NCBI GenBank assembly: GCA_039188945.1
Contig: JBCCYW010000006.1
Coordinates: 1-47,945, forward strand
Source of the DNA: Patescibacteria group bacterium
Lineage (GTDB): Bacteria; Patescibacteriota; Minisyncoccia; Phycocordibacterales; UBA918
Reading direction: 5' to 3'
Length of the DNA stretch: 47,945 nucleotides
This document shows, one piece after another, positions 27,122 to 36,733 of the stretch; the stretch's first letter is position 1, and each line of letters opens with the position of its first letter. Under the pieces are notes generated by a model, which searched no databases, had not been told where the DNA came from, and saw nothing but the letters and a program-made list of their open reading frames with translations. Both the position numbers and the translations under genes were made by a program.

Positions 27122-27418
27122 ATGAAGTTTAAAACTGATCAGTTTAAACGGTCTAGAGGTGGTTACTCTCGATTACTTCTTATTAGATGCCAAAAATGTG
27201 GTGAAGAAATTTGTCTTTATCAAAAAGACGGGCCCGGGAATCTGCGGAGAATGTATTTAGATCGCATGTACGAAACTAAAGTGCCAACCTCGAAGAAATT
27301 TCTTACGTGTTCTTGTGGTCACGTTCTAGGAATGAAAATGATCTACGAAAAAGAAAATCGACCAGCATTCAGATTATTCGTCGATTCAATTAGCAAAAAG
27401 ATAGTGAAATCGAAATAA
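27122..27418 (+). CDS. small basic Zn-ribbon-like protein
   Basis: CQKC...YQKDGPG...CSCG; ATG 3 nt after the tRNA end; AT-rich. Confidence 0.75.
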   Translation: MKFKTDQFKRSRGGYSRLLLIRCQKCGEEICLYQKDGPGNLRRMYLDRMYETKVPTSKKFLTCSCGHVLGMKMIYEKENRPAFRLFVDSISKKIVKSK

Positions 27419-27420
27419 CT

Positions 27421-27849
27421 CTACCCCTCCAAACTATCAGCTTTGCGTTTTTGTTTTTGTTTATCGGTAAGCGCGACCGCTTCTTTATGCTCAGCCAGCG
27501 CGCCAAGATTACCACTCCGAGGTGTTTCTGCCCTCGCCTGTGTAGCCTGGCGATGGTGCCAGCGCATTTTTTGCTCAAGGTACAGGTAGAGACTTTCCAA
27601 CAATTTTAAGAGGCCACGAAAAAATGAACTTATCGAGTAGTACCAGGTGAACTTAATGATTCGGCGAGCTATATAATCAAACCCATGATCTACCGCTCGT
27701 CCCAACTTACCAAGTTGACGATCTAACCATCCACGTACGCCACCAAGAATCAGTCGCTTACCGCGCCGCTGCTCGTAACTAGTGAGCATCGCAAAAACCA
27801 CGAAAGCGATCGTGGTTCCTACAAATGCACTGAGTGCAGAGATAACCAT
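27421..27849 (-). CDS. hypothetical membrane protein
   Basis: N-terminal TM, basic; starts 5 nt after tsf. Confidence 0.7.
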   Translation of the reverse strand: MVISALSAFVGTTIAFVVFAMLTSYEQRRGKRLILGGVRGWLDRQLGKLGRAVDHGFDYIARRIIKFTWYYSISSFFRGLLKLLESLYLYLEQKMRWHHRQATQARAETPRSGNLGALAEHKEAVALTDKQKQKRKADSLEG

Positions 27850-27854
27850 CGTTT

Positions 27855-28439
27855 CTATTTTATCGATAGACGGCTCATTGAGCCAACAGTTACATTCTCA
27901 CCAAACTTCTGAACCGCACCCGTCACCATTTCACCAATTGTGGTGTCTGGGTTTTTGATGTGTGGCTGTTCAAGGAGAATTTGATCCTTAAAGTATGAAC
28001 TCAGTTTACCTTCCATGATTTTCTCTTGCATCTCAGCTGGTTTATCCTTCACCTCTTCTGCAAACACTTCCTTGGCCTTTTCAATCGCTGCGTCATTAAC
28101 CTCGTCACGAGAAACATACTTTGGATCGGTCGCTGCTACCTGCATTGCAATTTCTTTAGCGAGCGCTACAAACTCTTCGTTCTTCGACACGAAGTCGGTT
28201 TCACAGTTAAGCATGACCATTGCCGCCACTTCGTTAGTGTTATGAGTGTAGACACCAACCGCACCAGCTCCCAACTCTCGGTCTGATTTCTTCTCCGCTG
28301 CTTCGCTACGCTTCTTTTTTAAAATAATAAGCGCCTTTTCCATATCACCCTCAGCTTCTTCAAGGGCTTTTTTGCATTGCATGACTGAAATACCAGTCTT
28401 ATCGCGCAATTCTTTGATCTGTGCAGAAGAAATCTCCAT
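27855..28439 (-). CDS. tsf: elongation factor Ts (short form)
   Basis: IKELRDKTG...CKKAL, LNCETDFV, KFGENV. Confidence 0.98.
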   Translation of the reverse strand: MEISSAQIKELRDKTGISVMQCKKALEEAEGDMEKALIILKKKRSEAAEKKSDRELGAGAVGVYTHNTNEVAAMVMLNCETDFVSKNEEFVALAKEIAMQVAATDPKYVSRDEVNDAAIEKAKEVFAEEVKDKPAEMQEKIMEGKLSSYFKDQILLEQPHIKNPDTTIGEMVTGAVQKFGENVTVGSMSRLSIK

Positions 28440-28471
28440 ACTAAAAATAACCGTTAGTTGTTAAACATGCC

Positions 28472-29236
28472 CTAGGCGTTGTCTCGAGGACGGCGATAGC
28501 GGGCATTGCCACCTCGTGGAGCAACTGGCTTTGGTGTGTACTCCTTGCGACCAGCTACGTAAGCTTCCGCCAATTCGTCGATCGCCAGAGAGAGACTCGA
28601 CTGAAGAGCATCATTGAGAATGACTGGGTGAGTGATCGGGCCAAGGTTTGCATCAGAACTGGTGATACCAATCACTGGAATATTTGCTTCACCGGCTTCA
28701 GTTACCGCAATTGCATCGTGGCGCGGGTCTACTACTATCATCAAATCCGGGTTCCGCTCAATTGTTTTGATACCACCGAAGTTAAAGCTGAGCTTATCAA
28801 CCTCTCGATCGAACAACACTCGTTCTTTCTTGGTGTACTTACGTTCTAGCTCACCAGATTCTTTTTCGTCGTTAAGCTCTTTGAGACGGGCAATTCGCTT
28901 CTTGATCTCACCAAAGTTAGTGATCATGCCACCAATCCAACGGTTTACGACGTATGGCTGTTCTGCCTTCTCTGCAGCCTCTCGAACCAATCGTGAAGCT
29001 TCTTCTTTCGTACCTACAAAGAGTACCGTTTTGCCGTTCTTACCGGCTTCAGTAACGACTGCTTTAGCAGTCTCAATCAGTTCTGCAGTCTTTTCAAGAT
29101 CAAAAATATCGTTGCCATTCTTGGTACCAAAGAGGTACGGGGCAACGGTTGGGTGTCGACGACTCTTAGAAAAGCCAAAATGCGCTCCGGCGTTGAAGAG
29201 TCGTTCAATGAGTGTATTGTCAGTATTGTTTGCCAT
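28472..29236 (-). CDS. rpsB: 30S ribosomal protein S2
   Basis: AGAHFG, LFVGTK, RWIGGMITNF; rpsB-tsf synteny. Confidence 0.98.
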   Translation of the reverse strand: MANNTDNTLIERLFNAGAHFGFSKSRRHPTVAPYLFGTKNGNDIFDLEKTAELIETAKAVVTEAGKNGKTVLFVGTKEEASRLVREAAEKAEQPYVVNRWIGGMITNFGEIKKRIARLKELNDEKESGELERKYTKKERVLFDREVDKLSFNFGGIKTIERNPDLMIVVDPRHDAIAVTEAGEANIPVIGITSSDANLGPITHPVILNDALQSSLSLAIDELAEAYVAGRKEYTPKPVAPRGGNARYRRPRDNA

Positions 29237-29310
29237 TTCTAAATAAAAACGCCCGAAGGCTTTAGCGGCGAGATAGTACCATACCGCCTATATGATCGCA
29301 ACCCCTAAAA

Positions 29311-30282
29311 TTAATCCTGCAGTGCTTCTTCAGCTCCCTTAAGAGCGGCGAAGATATTGTCCCACTTACCAGCCATTACCTCTTCAATATTGTGCCAACT
29401 TTCCTTGATGCGGTGATCGGTAATACGATTTTGCGGGAAATTATACGTACGGATCTTTTCCGAGCGGTCACCGGTACCAATTTGCTTGCTGCGTACTTCG
29501 GCATGCTTTTTCGCCTCCTCTTCGGCATGCAGTGTTTCAAGCTTCGCGGTCAGGATACTCATGGCTTTTTCGCGGTTCTTGAGCTGCGAACGCTCCGATT
29601 CACTCCGCACTTCAACCCCGGTTGGGCGATGGACCAAGCGAACGGCAGTCTCTACTTTGTTGACATTCTGCCCACCAGCACCACCCGCTCGTGAGAATTC
29701 CATATCGATATCACCCATATCAATGTCAATTTTTGGTTTTTTACGCAACGGCAAAATTGCTACCGAGCAAGTTGAGGTGTGAATTCTTCCTTGCTTCTCA
29801 GTTACCGGGATACGCTGCACCCGGTGCACACCTGTCTCGAAGCGTAGATTCGGATACACATCTGGGTGAATAATTTCAAATACCGCTTCTTTATAACCAC
29901 CCATCGGTGAACGCGATTCATTCTCAACGCTATAGCGCCAACCCTGTACTTCAGCGAACTTCAAGTAGGCATTGGCGAGCTCTTCAGCAAACAGCGAAGC
30001 TTCATCACCCCCTGCCCCAGCTCGTACCTCAAGTGCTACCCCATATGGTCGCTCCTCCTCTTCTTTTGAAGCCTCAATAATTCGATCCATCTCAGCAAAC
30101 TGGACTTTGAGCTGTTCTTCAACCTCCCTCACTTCCTCAGCTGCCAATTCAGCCATATCTGGATCTTCAGCCATTACCTGGGCTTCTTCAAGCTTTTTCT
30201 GCCACTCCGAAAACTGCGACGCGAGAAACTGCGTTTTTGGATTTTCTTTAAATGTATTCAGTTTGTCTTGATCAAATTCCAT
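29311..30282 (-). CDS. prfA: peptide chain release factor 1
   Basis: [11 protein letters not shown] (PxT motif), [20 protein letters not shown]. Confidence 0.96.
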   Translation of the reverse strand: MEFDQDKLNTFKENPKTQFLASQFSEWQKKLEEAQVMAEDPDMAELAAEEVREVEEQLKVQFAEMDRIIEASKEEEERPYGVALEVRAGAGGDEASLFAEELANAYLKFAEVQGWRYSVENESRSPMGGYKEAVFEIIHPDVYPNLRFETGVHRVQRIPVTEKQGRIHTSTCSVAILPLRKKPKIDIDMGDIDMEFSRAGGAGGQNVNKVETAVRLVHRPTGVEVRSESERSQLKNREKAMSILTAKLETLHAEEEAKKHAEVRSKQIGTGDRSEKIRTYNFPQNRITDHRIKESWHNIEEVMAGKWDNIFAALKGAEEALQD

Positions 30283-30292
30283 ACCTTAGTGT

Positions 30293-30385
30293 GTTCGTAG
30301 CATAACAGTTTTCTTCGCCCACCGCCCTTGAAACAGTCTCCAAGACTGTTTCAACCCTCCGAAAACTGTCACGCTACTCCCGAAC
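30293..30385 (-). repeat. palindromic element immediately 5' of prfA
   Basis: Minus-strand stem GTAGCGTGACAGTTTTC/GAAAACTGTTATGCTAC with inner TTGAAACAGTCT/AGACTGTTTCAA. Confidence 0.7.
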
Positions 30386-30386
30386 C

Positions 30387-30416
30387 CAAAAAGCAGCGGT
30401 GGTACGCTGCTTTTTG
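30387..30416. terminator. terminator after rpmE
   Basis: CAAAAAGCAGCG-gtggta-CGCTGCTTTTTG. Confidence 0.75.
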
Positions 30417-30505
30417 AAGACCTCGCGGAAGCATCGATGATGCTGAGCGGAGAACTTGATTCGTGTCTGAAAAAAGGAGCGTGCCGCAGATGCGATACAC
30501 CGACG

Positions 30506-30778
30506 TTACGCCTTTTTCTTGCGACGACTGGCTGCCGCATCCTGGCGCGCCTTGAAGCGCTCTACACGACCAGCAGTGTCCATTACCTTTTCCTGTCCAG
30601 TATAGAACGGGTGTGAGGCACTAGAGACATCAACGGTAGCGAGTGGGTACTCCTTGCCGTCTGTCCACTTGTCGGTTTCGCTTGAAGCGATGGTTGAACC
30701 AATGAGAAAACGCTCGCCAGACGAATTGTCTTTGAAGATAACGAGACGGTAGTTCTCAGGGTGAATATCTGTTTTCAT
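30506..30778 (-). CDS. rpmE: 50S ribosomal protein L31, type B (no Zn-binding Cys)
   Basis: MKTDIHP...[10 protein letters not shown]...AGRVERF. Confidence 0.97.
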   Translation of the reverse strand: MKTDIHPENYRLVIFKDNSSGERFLIGSTIASSETDKWTDGKEYPLATVDVSSASHPFYTGQEKVMDTAGRVERFKARQDAAASRRKKKA

Positions 30779-30854
30779 ACTTATTACTTCGGCGACTTAC
30801 TGCCACCTACTTTTTGGGTGCGTGAACTATAGCAGAAAAGCTTGGTTTGGCAAC

Positions 30855-32219
30855 CTAATTGCCAAGAATCTTGATCTCCTGCTCCAGGCGGGCCTTGCGG
30901 CGCATCACGCCATCGCCATAAAATTGATTCTCTGGGCGTGATGCGCCGCCCCAACCAGCGTAATAGCGCAGGGCTGCTAAGCGATCTGCAGTATAACCGC
31001 CAGTTGAACCGTTATCACGTAAGAGAAGTGCAGTAGCCAAGAACGCATCTTGGTTCACAAATGGGTTGCCTGGCACCGACTTTCCTAAGAGTGAGCGGAT
31101 GGCATCTTGGTTGCGATCATACTCCCATCCATTACCACGATTTACAAAACCACCATAAATAGCCCAGGTTGAGGGAATAAATTGTGACGGCCCCATGGCG
31201 CCGCCCCAACCAATTCGTTGTCCACCACTACGGATCGGACACGACACCACTTGTCGATCGACATCAAACCCTAAGGTAGCTGCAATAGCCCGGAAGACTG
31301 GCTCGTCACGATCTGGATGCATCACCGGACGACCATCGACAAGATCATCAACGGTACATGAACCAAGGTTCGACCCATACGATGATTCTTGTTCAAGAAT
31401 TGCCAAAATAAGAGCGGCTGGCACACCGGTCCGGGCGCTCGCATTTTGTGCTAGGCTCACCGCCTCAGGGAACGGAATAGCTGCTCCACCACCCAAGAGA
31501 TCGAAGAGCTGAGCTCGAAGTTGCGCCGCAGTTTTCTGCTGTGATTCCAAAAGTTGTTGGTACGCTTGCTCTTGCCCTTTGGTCACATCAAGAATATCTT
31601 CTTTTACTTGCTCTTTCTGCTCAATCTCGGCCTTCTCAACTTCCTGCACTCGCTTCAGTTCCGCTTCGTCAGTCTGGCGTCCTTCCAGGGCCGCTCGTTG
31701 CTCTTGGGTATCACGTTTAATTTCTTTGAGGATATCAAGTGATTCATTAAGTGACGCTTTGATTGACTGGAAATTTTCAAAATCAGAGAAGAAGTCCGAA
31801 AAGCTTTGGTTGCTCAAAATAACCTCAGCTAGAGAAAAGTCGTCCACCTCAGCTGATTTTCGTACCAAGTTTGCCAGCGATTGCTGTTGTCGATTGAGGC
31901 GACCATCAAGCACATCAACCACCTCAACTTTCTCGTCAATCTGTTCCTGTAGCTGAGTGATCGCCACCGCTCGAGCTTGAATACCCAACTGAGCCTGACG
32001 GATTTCGCCATCAATAATATCTAAGTCACGCTCTAGTGACTGTACTTCAAGCTGCTTATCTTCAACCAACCGACGTTGGGTAAGAATCTGTCGTTCGATC
32101 TGCTCGAGTTCTCGCTCAATCCGCTCCCGACGCTGATCTTCGCTTTCTTGCGCAACCACTACAGGTAAATCAACCAGCAAGATCGCTATTAGTAACGTTA
32201 CGCACAAAATCTTCTGCAT
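30855..32219 (-). CDS. secreted coiled-coil protein with a C-terminal lytic transglycosylase domain
   Basis: Signal peptide, long heptad region, AILEQESSYG and GAMGPSQFIPSTW motifs. Start put at MQK, 7 nt after TATAAT. Confidence 0.85.
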   Translation of the reverse strand: MQKILCVTLLIAILLVDLPVVVAQESEDQRRERIERELEQIERQILTQRRLVEDKQLEVQSLERDLDIIDGEIRQAQLGIQARAVAITQLQEQIDEKVEVVDVLDGRLNRQQQSLANLVRKSAEVDDFSLAEVILSNQSFSDFFSDFENFQSIKASLNESLDILKEIKRDTQEQRAALEGRQTDEAELKRVQEVEKAEIEQKEQVKEDILDVTKGQEQAYQQLLESQQKTAAQLRAQLFDLLGGGAAIPFPEAVSLAQNASARTGVPAALILAILEQESSYGSNLGSCTVDDLVDGRPVMHPDRDEPVFRAIAATLGFDVDRQVVSCPIRSGGQRIGWGGAMGPSQFIPSTWAIYGGFVNRGNGWEYDRNQDAIRSLLGKSVPGNPFVNQDAFLATALLLRDNGSTGGYTADRLAALRYYAGWGGASRPENQFYGDGVMRRKARLEQEIKILGN

Positions 32220-32242
32220 GGGCATCATTATACCTAATTACG

Positions 32243-32300
32243 CACCCGAAATAAAAACCGGGCGGAGCCAGCTGGCCCCGCCCGGTTTTTATTTCGGGTG
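32243..32300. terminator. long hairpin / terminator after rplY
   Basis: CACCCGAAATAAAAACCGGGCGG...CCGCCCGGTTTTTATTTCGGGTG. Confidence 0.8.
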
Positions 32301-32308
32301 GAAAGAAA

Positions 32309-32965
32309 TTACTCAGTCTTCTCAGCCTCTCCTTCTCCCTCTTCAGCCTTTCCTTTCTCTTCGGTCTCAATCGCATCCATGTCAGGCGCTTCAGCAGCAG
32401 CGGCTTCCTCAGCTTCAATATCACGGGCAGCTGAGACACTAGCGACCACATCGGCTGGATCATTATCAATCTTCACTCCCTCAGGTGCTGTAAGGTCACC
32501 CACTGTAATCTGCGAATCCTCCGCGTCCATACCAGACAGATCAACCTCGATCTGTGGCGGCAACGCACTTGGTCGACAGGTTACCGTGACGTCATTCATA
32601 ATCTTGTTCACCGTAGCACCAGACTTTTCAATTGGAGCCTCTCCTTCATACGCAAGTGGCACAGTTGTGGTCATTTCTTTACCACGCTCGATGGCGTAAA
32701 AATCAGCGTGTAATACACCACCTTTGGCTGGATCAAAAGCCAAATCCTTTACCAGCACCTCGATATCTTCCTTCAGGCCAGTAAGCGTAATAATGGTTGA
32801 TTCACTGGCTTCTTTATACAGCTTTTCAAACGTTTGCTTATCAAACGCAATCGCCAGAGCTTCTTGTTTTGGGCCATACACAATCGCCGGCACCTTACCA
32901 GCGTCGCGAACGGTATCTGCAGAGGCTGCGGTATCGCGTGCCTCAATAGTTAGTGACATAGTCAT
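32309..32965 (-). CDS. rplY: 50S ribosomal protein L25 (Ctc type)
   Basis: VPAIVYG, HADFY, LPPQIEVD, acidic tail. Confidence 0.96.
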   Translation of the reverse strand: MTMSLTIEARDTAASADTVRDAGKVPAIVYGPKQEALAIAFDKQTFEKLYKEASESTIITLTGLKEDIEVLVKDLAFDPAKGGVLHADFYAIERGKEMTTTVPLAYEGEAPIEKSGATVNKIMNDVTVTCRPSALPPQIEVDLSGMDAEDSQITVGDLTAPEGVKIDNDPADVVASVSAARDIEAEEAAAAEAPDMDAIETEEKGKAEEGEGEAEKTE

Positions 32966-33063
32966 ACGGGCAAAAGCCTACCACAGAAGGTTATTTTTTC
33001 AACCTCACTCCCCTCCACAACCCGAGAAAGCCGTCGTATAGACAGTGCTATACTTTTGGGTAT

Positions 33064-34071
33064 ATGGCACAACAATTTGATTTCGTAGCACTTGGCGACA
33101 TTGTTGTCGACGCCTTTATCGAGCTCGACAAAGACTCAGCCGACGTGACACAAGACCTCGATACTGGTCGAAAAACCCTACAAATGCCCTTTGGCAGCAA
33201 ACTTCCTTATCAAGACGTCACCGTAGTAAACGCCGTTGGTAATTCACCAAATGCAGCTGTTTCAGCTCATCGTTTGGGACTTGAATCGGCGTTGATTACC
33301 AATCTCGGTCACGACCGATATGGAAAAGACTGTCTCGAAGCGCTCCGCACCGAAGGTGTACACACCGACTTTGTAAAGCTACACGAAGGCAAAGAGACCA
33401 ATTATCATTACGTGCTTCGGTACGGACCTGAGCGAACCATACTTATTAAACACGAGCAGTTTCCATACATATTGCCTGATTTTGAAGTCCCACCTCGCTA
33501 TATCTATTTCTCATCAATTGGTGAGCATGGTCTCCCGCACCACTTTGAGATTGCGGAGTATGTAAAAGCCAATCCAGAAACGAAGCTGGTATTCCAACCT
33601 GGTACCTACCAGATTCGCCTTGGTCACGAAGCCCTCAAAGAACTCTATGAAGTGACAGAAATCTTCTTCTGTAATAAAGAGGAGGCTCAGGAAATCCTCA
33701 AGAGTGACGAGCAGCATGTACCGACCCTGATTCGTGAATTCCGTAAGCTTGGTCCAAAAATGCCGGTGATTACTGATGGGCCGCATGGCGCGTACGTGGT
33801 TGATGAGGATGATCAAGCGTGGCACATGCCAATGTACCCTGACCCAGCGCCACCTGTGGATCGAACCGGCGCAGGAGATTCATTCTCCTCAACCTTTACA
33901 GCGGCGATCGCTCTTGGTAAGACACCCGCCGAAGCGCTTTCTTGGGGACCAATCAACTCGATGAATGTGGTGCAGCACATCGGTGCGCAGAAAGGACTCC
34001 TCTCTCGGGAAGAACTACTCAAATACCTCGAAGAGCGCCCCGAAGACTACGTTGCCAAGAAGATTGACTAA
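33064..34071 (+). CDS. PfkB-family carbohydrate kinase
   Basis: GNSPNAAVSAHRLG, CNKEEA, DRTGAGDSF. Confidence 0.93.
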   Translation: MAQQFDFVALGDIVVDAFIELDKDSADVTQDLDTGRKTLQMPFGSKLPYQDVTVVNAVGNSPNAAVSAHRLGLESALITNLGHDRYGKDCLEALRTEGVHTDFVKLHEGKETNYHYVLRYGPERTILIKHEQFPYILPDFEVPPRYIYFSSIGEHGLPHHFEIAEYVKANPETKLVFQPGTYQIRLGHEALKELYEVTEIFFCNKEEAQEILKSDEQHVPTLIREFRKLGPKMPVITDGPHGAYVVDEDDQAWHMPMYPDPAPPVDRTGAGDSFSSTFTAAIALGKTPAEALSWGPINSMNVVQHIGAQKGLLSREELLKYLEERPEDYVAKKID

Positions 34072-34075
34072 ATAG

Positions 34076-34115
34076 CACAATAAAAACCTCGGCCTAGCCG
34101 AGGTTTTTTATTGTG
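34076..34115. terminator. bidirectional terminator
   Basis: AAAAACCTCGGC-cta-GCCGAGGTTTTT between convergent genes. Confidence 0.85.
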
Positions 34116-34120
34116 GGATC

Positions 34121-35107
34121 TTATGAATTTTTAACAGCTTCTTCAATTGCACTTATACCCATCCCGTAATGTTCAACCAATTCTTCTGGATCTCCCGATT
34201 GTCCAAACTTATCTTGAATACCAATGCGTGTAATCTTGATTGGGTGCATTCCTGAGAGATGCTCCGCTACTGCTGAACCCAAGCCTCCCGCTACTTGATG
34301 CTCTTCTACAGTCACTAACGCCTGATGATTCTTAGCGAAGTCTTCAAGCGCTTTGGTGTCGAGCGGCTTAATTGTTGGCATATGTAATACCGAGACACCA
34401 ACCCCATCTTTTTCTGCCTGCTCAGCTGCTGCAATAGTGTTGTTCAAAAGTGAACCAGTCACTACTATACCAACTGTCTTTTCGTGAGCATCATCTTTCT
34501 CAAGCACTAATTCTGCTTTTCCAATTTCAAATGGTGACTCTTCAGTAGTTACAACTGGTGTCGCTGAGCGACCAAGGCGAATATAGACCGGTCCGTCGTA
34601 CTTTGCTGCTGCCAAGACAGCCTTTCGTGCTTCATGGACATCAGCTGGAGCAATAACAACCATACCTGGCAGTACCCGCATAAGAGCAATATCCTCTGTC
34701 ATCTGGTGTGTCGCACCATCAGGACCAACTGAGACTCCAGCGTGGGCACCGATTACTTTTACGTTTACTTGATTATACGCAATAGTGGTACGAATCTGCT
34801 CCCAGTTGCGGCCTGGGGAGAAGGCTGAGTAGGAAGCCATAAACGGAATCTTCCCCATTGCGGCCATACCTGAAGCCACTCCAGAGAGATTTTGCTCGGC
34901 TACACCGACTTGAACAAATCGGTCAGGAAACTCATTGGCAAAGAGATGTGTTTTTGTAGAGTCCGTCAGGTCAGCTGCTAACGCAACTATATTCTCATCT
35001 CGTTTTCCAGCTTCAAGCAACCCTTCACCGTAGCCATTACGATTAGGAACCTTCTCGACGTCGTCGGTGCAAATAGTTTTTGCTAAATGTGTTGCTCGTG
35101 TACTCAT
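34121..35107 (-). CDS. transketolase, C-terminal subunit
   Basis: GVAEQN, GPDGATHQ, YIRLGR, VEEH...GGLGSAV. Confidence 0.95.
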   Translation of the reverse strand: MSTRATHLAKTICTDDVEKVPNRNGYGEGLLEAGKRDENIVALAADLTDSTKTHLFANEFPDRFVQVGVAEQNLSGVASGMAAMGKIPFMASYSAFSPGRNWEQIRTTIAYNQVNVKVIGAHAGVSVGPDGATHQMTEDIALMRVLPGMVVIAPADVHEARKAVLAAAKYDGPVYIRLGRSATPVVTTEESPFEIGKAELVLEKDDAHEKTVGIVVTGSLLNNTIAAAEQAEKDGVGVSVLHMPTIKPLDTKALEDFAKNHQALVTVEEHQVAGGLGSAVAEHLSGMHPIKITRIGIQDKFGQSGDPEELVEHYGMGISAIEEAVKNS

Positions 35108-36000
35108 GATAATCCGTCTCGTTCAATTACTCCGGCGAGGGTACGCAACTTCTCTAGTGCCACCTCCTTTTGCTTATCTTTTGGAACCTGATCTTCTGGA
35201 CCTTTCCCTGGTGGATTGCCGTGCCAGCGGAAATCACGCTCAAACACATCAACCCCCTTACTGGCAATCGTGTGTGCAATGATCATTGATGGCTGGCTGT
35301 ATACCGCTTGCGCTTTCCCGATCGCATCGCTCACCTGACGAATGTTATGGCCATCCACTTCCTGCACATCAAAGTTAAATGATTCAAATTTTTCCTTGAG
35401 TGGTTCAAGCGGCATGACATCTTTGGTGTAGCCATCGATTTGAATGCCGTTTCGATCTACAATCACAATCAAGTTATGCAGCTTTTCTTTTCCAGCGAGC
35501 ATCGCCGCCTCCCAAATCTGCCCTTCGTTAAGTTCCCCGTCTCCAGTAAGGCAATACATAAACTTCGCAGAATATGGATTATTCATGCGTTCCGCCAACG
35601 CCATACCAACTGCCTGAGAGAGACCAGATCCAAGCGGACCTGAGCTGGTTTCAATACCCGGTAACGCCGTGCGGTGCGGGTGTCCTTGCAGCCTGGTTCC
35701 AAACTTGCGCAGCGTCATCAGTTCATCAACCGGAAAATAACCAGCATGTGCCATCGTGGCATACAGCACCGGACAGATATGTCCATTGGAAAGAATAAGA
35801 CGATCTCGGTCTTCCCAGTCTGGATTCTTCGGGTCGTGATGCAGCACTTTAAAGTACAGCAGCGTCAAAATATCCGCCATGCCAAGCGGGCCGGCTGTGT
35901 GACCACTCTTTGCTTCATAGAGCATCTCAATAATGCTCTGACGAATCTCATTCGCCTTAAGCTCGAGCTCAGTAACCTCCTCTGACGTCATGTAGCGCAT
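35104..36000 (-). CDS. transketolase, N-terminal subunit
   Basis: SGH, DRLILSNGH, LQGHP, TPP motif GDGELNEGQIWEA. Confidence 0.95.
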   Translation of the reverse strand: MRYMTSEEVTELELKANEIRQSIIEMLYEAKSGHTAGPLGMADILTLLYFKVLHHDPKNPDWEDRDRLILSNGHICPVLYATMAHAGYFPVDELMTLRKFGTRLQGHPHRTALPGIETSSGPLGSGLSQAVGMALAERMNNPYSAKFMYCLTGDGELNEGQIWEAAMLAGKEKLHNLIVIVDRNGIQIDGYTKDVMPLEPLKEKFESFNFDVQEVDGHNIRQVSDAIGKAQAVYSQPSMIIAHTIASKGVDVFERDFRWHGNPPGKGPEDQVPKDKQKEVALEKLRTLAGVIERDGLS

Positions 36001-36050
36001 ATCGTGCCATTAGTATAGCAAGTCTTCGTCCGTGACTTAATCCACACCTG

Positions 36051-36731
36051 TTAGCTCAGTGCGAGTGATTGCAGTTGTAAGAACGTTGCCGCTGGATCTT
36101 CAGCTTTTGCAATCACCGAACCTGGTGCAAAACGATTGGCACCGGCCTCTTTAAGTATTGAAATTGTATCCTCTTTCACACTGCCATCAACGGCTATTTC
36201 AAGTTCTGGGTACTGCTCTCGTAGCTCCTGGATCCGGGGCACGGTACGGACATCAAAGGGTTGACCTTGTGCACCAACGACCGCAATACCCATTACTTGA
36301 ACACAATCGATGTGTGGAATATACGGCTCCAACTCACGTAACGGTCGATCGTTTGTCAGAGCGATCCCAACCTTTGCACCTCGTGCTTTGATATGTGCAA
36401 CCGCGTCCATGATGTGCGGAGTACTTCCGAGATGGATGGTTACTCGATCGACGTTTATATCAAGTATCGAGTCGAGGTACTGCTGTGGGTCAACAACCAT
36501 ACAATCAACATCAACCGCAAACTGCTCAGAAATGACCTCTAGTCGAGCCAGTGATTCCTGCACATCGCATGCTTCGGTAAACGGCCAGGAGGTTGCAGCA
36601 ACAAACTGGCCGTCAACAATATCAACCTGAAATCCCGATGCGGTACCTGTAAGCGCTTCGGCTAATGAAGTTAGTTGCTCCCAAGAATGAGCCGGTAGTG
36701 AAGGCACAACAGTGATTGGCAAATCAGACAT
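36051..36731 (-). CDS. rpe: ribulose-phosphate 3-epimerase (divergent)
   Basis: QVDIVDGQFV, QVMG...GAQGQPF, IAVDGSV, AGA..GS; context with rpiB and tkt. Confidence 0.85.
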   Translation of the reverse strand: MSDLPITVVPSLPAHSWEQLTSLAEALTGTASGFQVDIVDGQFVAATSWPFTEACDVQESLARLEVISEQFAVDVDCMVVDPQQYLDSILDINVDRVTIHLGSTPHIMDAVAHIKARGAKVGIALTNDRPLRELEPYIPHIDCVQVMGIAVVGAQGQPFDVRTVPRIQELREQYPELEIAVDGSVKEDTISILKEAGANRFAPGSVIAKAEDPAATFLQLQSLALS

Positions 36732-36733
36732 AG

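Noticed and set aside
27045-27420. Integrative element at tRNA-Thr
   Set aside because: No integrase and no duplicated tRNA 3' end seen in the window.
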